Positions 39,688 to 49,168 of a stretch of DNA of 64,000 nucleotides are shown piece after piece. The notes under the pieces are model-generated. The model saw nothing but the letters and a program-made list of their open reading frames with translations. It was not told the origin of the DNA and did not search any database. Location of the stretch: NCBI GenBank assembly GCA_015233195.1, contig JADFYE010000003.1:10489-74488 (forward strand), read 5' to 3'. Positions within the stretch are counted from its first letter, which is position 1, and the number at the start of each line of letters is the position of its first letter. Source of the stretch: Candidatus Omnitrophota bacterium. GTDB taxonomy: Bacteria; Omnitrophota; Gorgyraeia; Zapsychrales; Zapsychraceae. A program made the position numbers and the translations under genes.

Positions 39688-41382
39688 ATGTCAGCAAAAA
39701 AACAAAAAATAAATAAAACTCTCACCGGCGCAGAAGCATTAGTTAAATGTTTGGAAATGCAAGGCGTCGAATATATTTTTGGCTATATTGGCGGAGTCGC
39801 TATCCCTATTTTCGATGTCCTTTTGGATTCTAAAATTAAACATATCCAGACTCGGCATGAACAAGGCGCCACACATATGGCAGACGGGTTTGCCCGAGCT
39901 ACAGGTAAGCCAGGAGTGGTTCTGGTAACCAGCGGTCCTGGAGCTATGAATACAGTTACAGGTATTGAAAATGCTTTTATGGATTCAATACCAATGATTG
40001 TTTTAACCGCACAAACTCCGACGAACGCATTAGGTAAAGACGCGTTTCAAGAAGCGGATATTTTTGGTGCTACTCTGCCTATGGTTAAACATAGTTATTT
40101 AGTTAAAGATCCTAATGATATACCAAGAATAATTAAAGAAGCGTTTTATATCACGCAAACCGGTCGTCCTGGTCCAGTTTTGATTGATTTGCCCAAAGAC
40201 GTATCAGTTGGTCAGTGTACATCAGATCTTGATCCTAAAATGGATTTGCCTGGGTATTCAATCCCGACGCAGGGTAATATGGCTGATATTAAAAAAATGG
40301 CAAAAATGTTTAAAGGTTGTAAAAAACCTTTGTTATTGGTCGGTCATGGCGCATTAATTTCAGGCGCTGGAAAAGAAGTTCGTGAATTAGCTTTGAAATT
40401 AAAAGCACCAGTTATAAATACTTTGCTGGGAAAAGGTGTTTTTCCGGAAACGCATCCGCTATCTTTAGGTATGGTTGGTATGCATGGAACAGCTTACGCG
40501 AATAAAGCTTTAATTAATTGCGATTTGATTTGTTCTATTGGAAGCCGTTTTGATGATCGTATTAACGGTAATAATGATGAATTTTGCATTGGGGCTAAAA
40601 AGCTGCATATTGATATTGACCCTGCAGAGATTGGTAAGATCGTTAAAGTTGATGCTTATGTTGTAGGCGACGCAAAATTAGTGGTGCGCGAATTGGTTAA
40701 ATTAGTTCAGCCTTTGGATACAGACGAATGGCTTAAAGAAGTGGCTTTTTATAAAAAAGAGTTTCCTCTCTCTTATGATATTTCTAAAGGCTTGACCCCT
40801 CAATTTGTTATTGATGAGGTATATAAATTAACTAAAGGTAAAGCGATTGCAGTTACTGATGTAGGTCAGCATCAAATGTGGTCTGCTCAGTTTTATAAAA
40901 GTGATTATGATGATCGGCGTTGGCTTTCATCCGGCGGTTTAGGTACTATGGGATTTGGTTTCCCTGCTGCTATCGGCGCTCAGATTGCCCGTCCTAAAGA
41001 ACAGGTTGTGGCTTTTGTTGGGGACGGTGGTTTTCAGATGACTATGACTGAGTTAGCAACTGTGGCTATTAATAAATTGCCTTTAAAAGTTTTTGTTATG
41101 GAAAATAAATTTTTAGGCATGGTGCGCCAGTGGCAGGATTTATTTTTCTCAAAACGCTATTCAGGCGTGAAATTGGAATGTAATCCGGATTTTTGTAAAT
41201 TAGCTGGAGCATATGGAATTAAAAGTGTGCATATAAAGACTGTAGCAGAAGCAAAAGCAAAGATCAAAGAAGCGTTGGATTATAATGGTCCAGTACTTAT
41301 TCATTCTGTAGTTATTCGAGAAGACAATGTGTTCCCGATGATACCGGCAGGTAAATCCGCGTATCATATGATGATAAAATAA
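39688..41382 (+). CDS. ilvB: Acetolactate synthase large subunit
   Basis: TPP-enzyme motifs GGLGTMGFGFPAAIGA and GDGGFQM. Start set to MSAKKQK (39688); the tracked N-terminal extension looks non-coding. Confidence 0.92.
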   Translation: MSAKKQKINKTLTGAEALVKCLEMQGVEYIFGYIGGVAIPIFDVLLDSKIKHIQTRHEQGATHMADGFARATGKPGVVLVTSGPGAMNTVTGIENAFMDSIPMIVLTAQTPTNALGKDAFQEADIFGATLPMVKHSYLVKDPNDIPRIIKEAFYITQTGRPGPVLIDLPKDVSVGQCTSDLDPKMDLPGYSIPTQGNMADIKKMAKMFKGCKKPLLLVGHGALISGAGKEVRELALKLKAPVINTLLGKGVFPETHPLSLGMVGMHGTAYANKALINCDLICSIGSRFDDRINGNNDEFCIGAKKLHIDIDPAEIGKIVKVDAYVVGDAKLVVRELVKLVQPLDTDEWLKEVAFYKKEFPLSYDISKGLTPQFVIDEVYKLTKGKAIAVTDVGQHQMWSAQFYKSDYDDRRWLSSGGLGTMGFGFPAAIGAQIARPKEQVVAFVGDGGFQMTMTELATVAINKLPLKVFVMENKFLGMVRQWQDLFFSKRYSGVKLECNPDFCKLAGAYGIKSVHIKTVAEAKAKIKEALDYNGPVLIHSVVIREDNVFPMIPAGKSAYHMMIK

Positions 41383-41386
41383 CATA

Positions 41387-41412
41387 TCGTAGGGGCACAA
41401 TATTTTGTGCCC
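41387..41412 (+). repeat. Conserved 3'-end hairpin element, copy 3 (TCGTAG-GGGCACAA-tatt-TTGTGCCC)
   Basis: Starts 5 nt after the ilvB stop. The stem carries a compensatory GA/TC to AA/TT change relative to copies 1 and 2. Confidence 0.6.
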
Positions 41413-41439
41413 ATTTAAAATTATTATAAGGATAAATAT

Positions 41440-41940
41440 ATGGCTGATAAAAAAAATATTCACACAATAAGTTTATTAGTGGCAAATAAACCCGGCGTTT
41501 TGGTACGGGTATCTTTGGTATTTGCCAGACGAGGTTTTAATATTGATGCTCTCTCTGTTTCGCCGACAGTTAATCCGCGTTATTCGCGTATGACTATAAC
41601 TGCTCAAGGTGATCCTGCGACACTCGACCAAATTATTAAACAAACTGCTAAGCTGATTGATGTTATTCATTCTTCAGAACATACAGATCAGGAATCAATT
41701 CATCGTGAACTAGCTTTGTTTAAAATCCGTTCTGCAGGAGCGAATAAACCTATTATTCTAAAATTATTTAAGAAATATGATGCTAATGTGATCAGCTCAG
41801 ACGATAAAGTGATCATTGTTGAGCAGACTGGTACCACTGAACAAGTTGATGAATTTGAATTTCAGTTAAAAAAATATGGCGTGGTTGAAATGGTGCGTTC
41901 CGGAAAATTAGCTCTGGTTAAAGGAGTAGAAGAAACTTAG
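41440..41940 (+). CDS. ilvN: Acetolactate synthase small (regulatory) subunit
   Basis: ACT domain HTISLLVANKPGVLVRVSLVFARRGFNIDALSV. Follows ilvB. Confidence 0.9.
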   Translation: MADKKNIHTISLLVANKPGVLVRVSLVFARRGFNIDALSVSPTVNPRYSRMTITAQGDPATLDQIIKQTAKLIDVIHSSEHTDQESIHRELALFKIRSAGANKPIILKLFKKYDANVISSDDKVIIVEQTGTTEQVDEFEFQLKKYGVVEMVRSGKLALVKGVEET

Positions 41941-42756
41941 ATTTTTTAGTAGCGTTGCGCCTGGGATATATCCCGGGTGATGCAGGTACCAGCTTATGAT
42001 CGGCCAGTTCCACCCTGCGGCAAAAATTATCATAAATAAAACCGACAAAATAAATAAAATTTGCCGGTTATTTTTTTGATCATTTTTATATTGCGAGGTT
42101 ATTTTGGATAATGGCCAGCTTGCAAAGATAAGTAATAGAGAAGAAAATAAAATTTCCGCGTGGTCTTGAATTAATAAATAAATTATTGGAGGAATTAAAT
42201 ATCCGGTATTGGTAAGAAAAGTCGTAAAGCTAAGGTTTGCAAGAGCAAATAAGCTGAAAGGCAGACCGCATATAGGTATTGCATAATTTAATTCATTAGC
42301 TTGAAGATAGTAAACCAAACTTATCACTAATGATCCAGTTACGAGAATTCGAATAAAATTTAAAGGTTTGAATAACCAGCTTACCCTCTCCAATTTCATG
42401 GTAATTAATGTGATCAGTAAATATAGGCAAATATAAATTGGTATATCAACATTTGCAGAGAATAAAGTCCATAAACATCCGGCTAAGCCGACTAAAGCCA
42501 TTACAGTATTTATGATTGATTCGTTTTTATCTAAAGCATTGCGGAATTGCTGTAAGGTTGAAGCTAAGCAAATCATGGTTAAGGTTGTTATTATTGCAAT
42601 AGGCAGACCAGGAAAACCGTCGCCATAAGCAAGCGTAGCGCCTAACATTGCAGGCAGAACCAAAATGGTTAAATCTTCAATGTTAAAAAATGTCGGAGCT
42701 GGACTTATGTTCTCTTCGTTTTCTGGATAAATAGATTTTATTTGTGTATCAGTCAT
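41908..42756 (-). CDS. Hypothetical polytopic membrane protein
   Basis: About 8 TM helices and no recognised motif. Start overlaps the trxB stop by 8 nt. 3' end overlaps the convergent ilvN by 33 nt. Confidence 0.45.
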   Translation of the reverse strand: MTDTQIKSIYPENEENISPAPTFFNIEDLTILVLPAMLGATLAYGDGFPGLPIAIITTLTMICLASTLQQFRNALDKNESIINTVMALVGLAGCLWTLFSANVDIPIYICLYLLITLITMKLERVSWLFKPLNFIRILVTGSLVISLVYYLQANELNYAIPICGLPFSLFALANLSFTTFLTNTGYLIPPIIYLLIQDHAEILFSSLLLIFASWPLSKITSQYKNDQKNNRQILFILSVLFMIIFAAGWNWPIISWYLHHPGYIPGATLLKNLSFFYSFNQS

Positions 42757-43681
42757 TTAAAAATCTATCCGCTTCTAATGCAGCCATGCATCCTGATCCT
42801 GCGGCAGTAATAGCTTGCTTATATTTTTTATCTTGAACATCTCCGCAAGCAAATACACCTTCAATGCTGGTTTTGGTAGAGCCAGGTTCGGTGATTATAT
42901 AACCATCTTCATCAAGTTTTATTTGACCATTCAGAAAAGCGGTATTTGGTGTATGACCAACTGCATAAAAAAGTCCGCGTACTTCTATTTCTAAAGTCTG
43001 ACTGGTTTTATTGTTTAACACTTTAAGGCTGGTAAGAACTTTTTCACCTATGGCTTCAATTACATTGCTGTTCCATAGAATTTCAATTTTAGGGTTATCG
43101 AAACAGCGTTTTTGCATAGCTTTTGAGGCGCGTAAAACATCACGGCGTACTATTAAATATACTTTTGATCCATATTTTGTAAGATGCGTGGCTTCTTCTA
43201 TTGCTGAATCTCCTCCGCCTATTACAGCCAGGGGTTTATTACGGAATATTGGTAAAGCTCCATCACATACGGCGCAGGCAGATATGCCTTTTTGCCATAA
43301 TTTATCTTCGCCAGTTACAGCCAGTTTTTTTGCAGTAGCGCCGGTTGCTATGATAATTACTTTGGCAGTATAAATTTTTTCACCGCAAATTACTTTGAAT
43401 GGTTTTGCGCTAAAATCTACTTTATCTACAGTTACAGTCTCGATACGACAGCCTTGTTTTATGGCTTGTTCTCTCATATTAAACATTAATTCTGGACCAG
43501 ATATGCTATTTGGAAAACCCGGAAAATTATCGATTTCTGTTGTAGTGGTTAATTGACCGCCTGCAGCTATGCCTCCTGCCATCATGCCTTCAAACATCAG
43601 GGGATTTAAATTTGCGCGTGCGGTATATATTGCGGCAGTGTGCGCTGCTGGACCTGAACCGATGATTATTATATTTTCCAT
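42749..43681 (-). CDS. trxB: Thioredoxin-disulfide reductase
   Basis: GSGPAAHTAAIY FAD motif, redox-active CAVCDG, and GGGDSA NADPH motif. Confidence 0.95.
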   Translation of the reverse strand: MENIIIIGSGPAAHTAAIYTARANLNPLMFEGMMAGGIAAGGQLTTTTEIDNFPGFPNSISGPELMFNMREQAIKQGCRIETVTVDKVDFSAKPFKVICGEKIYTAKVIIIATGATAKKLAVTGEDKLWQKGISACAVCDGALPIFRNKPLAVIGGGDSAIEEATHLTKYGSKVYLIVRRDVLRASKAMQKRCFDNPKIEILWNSNVIEAIGEKVLTSLKVLNNKTSQTLEIEVRGLFYAVGHTPNTAFLNGQIKLDEDGYIITEPGSTKTSIEGVFACGDVQDKKYKQAITAAGSGCMAALEADRFLND

Positions 43682-43726
43682 ATTTGTAATTTTAACGGAT
43701 TTTATTCAAATTTGGGGAATTTTTAC

Positions 43727-43816
43727 AAAAAAATTGCGCCTAGTATTATGAAGACTCGGGGGGAGTTGCAATCTTCAAATATCGCTTTTCAGCGAAGATA
43801 CCGGCGCAATTTTTTT
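43727..43816. other. Structured intergenic element (14-bp closing stem enclosing 62 nt with alternative inner pairings)
   Basis: aaaaaaattgcgcc (43727-43740) is the exact reverse complement of ggcgcaattttttt (43803-43816). Inner hairpin tcgct-tttc-agcga. A central TCTTC can pair with either of two GAAGA segments. Confidence 0.4.
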
Positions 43817-43891
43817 AGATTAAATTTATTTAGTTGAATCGTGATGAAATTATGCCATATAATTTTTTAAAAAGCAAGGGGTTTTTTGGTC

Positions 43892-45443
<1,552 letters not shown>

Positions 45444-45481
45444 GAAAAAAACCAGCTCCGCAGATGCGTCATCTGCGGAGC
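45444..45481 (-). terminator. Intrinsic terminator of the giant-gene operon
   Basis: 11-bp stem gctccgcagat/atctgcggagc (45455-45465 / 45471-45481) with a 5-nt loop. On the minus strand it is followed by a T7 run. Confidence 0.8.
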
Positions 45482-45487
45482 CGGTTA

Positions 45488-48400
45488 TTATTTGCCGATT
45501 AGGCTGTTTAAGTTTTGAGTAAGTCGGATGCTTGTAAGTATAGGAATAAATCCGTCTACGTTTATTAATTCAGATGGCTGTTGGCTTGTAGGTAATGGCA
45601 TACCGTCTGGACCTTTGTTTACAGTTAAGGTCATCATGGCTGGATCTAAGTCAATACCACCAGTAGTTTTGTTTGTTTCCGGAGCGCGGCTGGTTTCAGC
45701 GGTTTGCATGGCTAGATCAGTTGTTTGTGTGGCGGTATCAGTTGTTTTGTTATCTCTTAATTCAATTAAATAATTTTGAAACTTGAGCGGCATATTTTCT
45801 TCTTGTGCCATTTGAATTATGCTTGCTAGAGTCTCTTTTCGTTCTTTTCTTATTATGCTTGGTGTTTGTTCGAGCAGGTTTGCGGTTTCTTGTATTGTAT
45901 ATCCTTTGAGTATATAAAAAAGCGCGTCAAGTTGATCAAGAGTTTTACGTTTGTTTATTGCGAATTCTGTTTGAAACCAGGCTATAATTTTCAAGATAAT
46001 TGTAGGTTCAAAATCAAATTTTTCTTTTAGTACATAGGCTTTTTCACTTAAAATTTTAGCGAGCCAGAAAGTTTTTTCTCTATAAGACAGCGCCCAGGAT
46101 GTAACTAATTCGCGGGATAATCCGGCATTCTCAATATAAGTTTGTGTCTTTTGGATAGATTCCGGTTTAGCAGGATTTAGTCCAATTGCTTTTGTGATTT
46201 TATAAAGAGATCCTTTATAGGTTTTTAGTAATTGGGTAAATTGCGCGCGGATAATATTTACTTGAGCTTGTACATCGAATGCGAGCTGATAAGAATCAAT
46301 ATTATCTGCTGCTCGTCGCTGCATTACAGCTTTGGCTGCTTCAGTTAACATTTTTTTTCTGGCTTCGTTAACTTGTGATTTAGTCATATGTATGCCGCTT
46401 TTGGCTTGTTCGGTTTGAAGCCCAGATACAAAAACACCACCAGCATTGGCTAAGGTGTCAGGAACAAGTGTAGTTGTTCTCGGCAATTTGGCTTTTGCGT
46501 TTGTACTAACTGCTCCGTTTGCTCCTTCAAATATCCATTTAGCCAATATTTGAACAGCAATTTCTTCGTCAATTTCATTTTCTCTAACTGCTGGGACTAA
46601 AATATCAACATTAGCACAGAGTACTGCTTTTTTAATTGCAGCTAATTCTTGTTCAAATTTTGTTTTTGCTTCAGGTGATAGGTCTTTTGCTTCGAATGGA
46701 TCTATGCTAGTGACTGTCGCGATTACACCTTCTTTTGATATCAATCCATTTTTCCATGCTTCCCAAAATGATATTTTATTTTTTCCGGTTGTTAAAGTCA
46801 TAATTTCTAGAATTTCTTGTTCTGACCATCCTTGTTTTTTGTATAAAGTAATACCATAATCATTTAGTACTTGGACGTGAGCATTTTTTTGTCGCAATCC
46901 AAGAGCAGTATATGATCCAACATTTCCCATGCCTTGAACCGCTGCAGTTTTACTGCTGATGTCGCCTAATATGGCAGTAATAACGTCTACAACACCAAAT
47001 CCAGTTGCTTCTGTTCTTCCTAAAGCGCCTCCTAGGAAGTTTTCAGGTTTAAAAACACCATTTTCATCTTCTCCATTTGGTAATCCAGTGTACACGCCTA
47101 ATTCTGGAACTGCGTTACCTTTAAGAAAATAATCAGCAGCCATTTTGAGCGCAGGAGTTTCAGATAGAGGCAAGATTCCATTATTTTCAATAATAATTTT
47201 TTTTAGTTTTTCTAAATAAATAGCATTCATCCCTAGTTGTTTTAAGTGATAAAAAAACAAATCAATATTTTGTCCTTGTGTTTGGATGCCTTCATAAAGA
47301 GCATTAAGTAGTAAAATTCTACGCTGCAATTCTTTATCTTTAAGTTGGTTGTTATTTGCCAAGTAACGGAAATATTCATCTGCATAAACAGATAGGATGA
47401 ATCCATCAGTATTAACATCCGGAGCTGGAATATCTATGTCAATTCCAACTTTTTTAGCTTTGGCAAGGTCAGAAGAATGCCTACGAGCAATTTTAGCTAT
47501 AGTCTCTGTAGAGGTGTTTTTCCATGAGGATTCATCATAATCTTCGATAGTAAATGATCCGTCTGCCAGTTTAACGACTTTTCCATAAAATACAGTTCCT
47601 TTTCCTCCGCCAAGATCCAAATTTAATCCTGCAGTTTTTAGAGTCATACCAAGTGCCAAAGATTTTGCTTCTTGGTCTATCCATTTTTTGATGAAAGCAT
47701 AAACTTCGTCTTCACTCGGGTTAAAAGAATTTAAAATAGCTAATGCTTTTCGAAAATGTTCATCGCGCATAAGTTCAGATCCGTTTAACCAGCGTATACC
47801 ACCTTTAGGTGGTCCTTTGATGGCATTATTCTGGACGCGGGTATGATAAAATAAAGCTTTATATGGCGTGTGGGATGTTTTAGTAGTCATATCTTCAGTT
47901 ACCCATTCTCCATAAATACTGTATTCTTTCTGGATAATATTTACTATATTTGGGTGAAATTTTTTAAGATATGGAATAGATGATTTAACTCGGGCACGCA
48001 TACTGGTCCAGTATGGGTTGTCACTCTTTTTACTATCAATATATTTTTGCGCTTTGGTTTTAGGTGCTTGAGATGCCATTGCAAGATCTGTTCCGATTGT
48101 ATAGGTATGATCTTGGTTAGGAAGCGCTGCAGTTTCTGTAGGTAATAAAGCTGCAAATTTGGTTTTTGTTTCAAGCGCTGTTGGTGCGATAGCTCCTCCA
48201 GAAATATATTTTTTGGGTGTGATCTCGCCTTTGGCTGGGTCGTATTCTTCTTTAATGTAGTTGAATATACCGTTTTCAAAAGTTTTTAAATATTTTTGGT
48301 AGATCTTTTCTTTAGCATTTTTATCGTCGCTGTTAACACCGTTGATTTTGTTTTTGTCTGCGTAAACCGCATTAAGTAGATTTTGTTTTAAGTTGGTTTT

Positions 48401-49168
48401 ATACCAGAGTGCTAAGATCATGGAGTTATAGATTTGGCGTAAATTTGCAAAATGCTTTCCGGTGTTAACTTCTTTTTCTATGGCAGGAATGATTATAGTC
48501 TTGATAAGTGTCTGAGTGTCTGAGTTTCTGAGTGTCTGAGTGGGTTTAAAATATTCTTCTTCCAGCATCACCTTTAAAGTACTATTCACAACGAATATAT
48601 TATTTCCATTAACATAAACTGTCGCGTTTTGCGGGACTATCCAGACTTTGTTTAATGTATCTGTTGGAATGTCGTTTACATTGAATTTAGTTTTTGCTTC
48701 TGCATACACTCTATCCCAGAATTTTGCGCCTAATTCAGATTCAGGATACATTAATGATGCAGTAAGTTGTTTTAAAATATAATCCTGCGCCAAAAGGTCT
48801 TGTCCCATTTCGGTCTGACCAAATTTTTCAGCAATGATGCGGTCATGCTCTTTAGGATTTAAGTTAACCCATAGTTCTTTATTAGGAACAGTCAAAGATG
48901 CCAAGAAATATTTAATCATCTTAGTTGATTGTTCTTTTAGTTGTGTTTGAGATAAAGTCTCATCGCCAGTATCGACGATAAAATCGAATTTTAGAGGGTT
49001 GTCAGGATAAATCGTTATCCCTTTTATGGTTGCAGGCACAAACGGTAAAGTGGTTTGCATTATAGCAGGCGTGTTTCCTAAAACAGTTTGGCTAAACGCA
49101 GCTCCGGGCGCTACAGTCTGGATAATAAATGCGCTGATAAGCGCTACGATTAAAGATTTCTTAAACAC
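45488..49168 (-). CDS. Giant modular protein 3 of 3: signal peptide, shared N-module, Glu/Leu/Phe/Val-dehydrogenase-family domain, HTH-like segment, shared C-module
   Basis: SP is MFKKSLIVALISAFIIQTVAPGAAFSQ. GDH motifs: KGGIRW, LGGGKG, PAPDVNT, GRTEATGFGV, QGMGNVG, EGANGA, PDTLANAGGV. GTG start preceded by AAAGGAGAAGGA. Overlaps the upstream gene by 8 nt. Confidence 0.8.
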   Translation of the reverse strand: MFKKSLIVALISAFIIQTVAPGAAFSQTVLGNTPAIMQTTLPFVPATIKGITIYPDNPLKFDFIVDTGDETLSQTQLKEQSTKMIKYFLASLTVPNKELWVNLNPKEHDRIIAEKFGQTEMGQDLLAQDYILKQLTASLMYPESELGAKFWDRVYAEAKTKFNVNDIPTDTLNKVWIVPQNATVYVNGNNIFVVNSTLKVMLEEEYFKPTQTLRNSDTQTLIKTIIIPAIEKEVNTGKHFANLRQIYNSMILALWYKTNLKQNLLNAVYADKNKINGVNSDDKNAKEKIYQKYLKTFENGIFNYIKEEYDPAKGEITPKKYISGGAIAPTALETKTKFAALLPTETAALPNQDHTYTIGTDLAMASQAPKTKAQKYIDSKKSDNPYWTSMRARVKSSIPYLKKFHPNIVNIIQKEYSIYGEWVTEDMTTKTSHTPYKALFYHTRVQNNAIKGPPKGGIRWLNGSELMRDEHFRKALAILNSFNPSEDEVYAFIKKWIDQEAKSLALGMTLKTAGLNLDLGGGKGTVFYGKVVKLADGSFTIEDYDESSWKNTSTETIAKIARRHSSDLAKAKKVGIDIDIPAPDVNTDGFILSVYADEYFRYLANNNQLKDKELQRRILLLNALYEGIQTQGQNIDLFFYHLKQLGMNAIYLEKLKKIIIENNGILPLSETPALKMAADYFLKGNAVPELGVYTGLPNGEDENGVFKPENFLGGALGRTEATGFGVVDVITAILGDISSKTAAVQGMGNVGSYTALGLRQKNAHVQVLNDYGITLYKKQGWSEQEILEIMTLTTGKNKISFWEAWKNGLISKEGVIATVTSIDPFEAKDLSPEAKTKFEQELAAIKKAVLCANVDILVPAVRENEIDEEIAVQILAKWIFEGANGAVSTNAKAKLPRTTTLVPDTLANAGGVFVSGLQTEQAKSGIHMTKSQVNEARKKMLTEAAKAVMQRRAADNIDSYQLAFDVQAQVNIIRAQFTQLLKTYKGSLYKITKAIGLNPAKPESIQKTQTYIENAGLSRELVTSWALSYREKTFWLAKILSEKAYVLKEKFDFEPTIILKIIAWFQTEFAINKRKTLDQLDALFYILKGYTIQETANLLEQTPSIIRKERKETLASIIQMAQEENMPLKFQNYLIELRDNKTTDTATQTTDLAMQTAETSRAPETNKTTGGIDLDPAMMTLTVNKGPDGMPLPTSQQPSELINVDGFIPILTSIRLTQNLNSLIGK

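Noticed and set aside
43727-43816. A tRNA or SRP/4.5S RNA gene in the thiC-trxB spacer.
   Set aside because: The size and closing stem are tRNA-like. However, there is no GTTCRANYC T-loop, no D-arm or anticodon-arm geometry, and no SRP GGAA/AGCA domain-IV motif on either strand. It is kept as an unclassified structured element.
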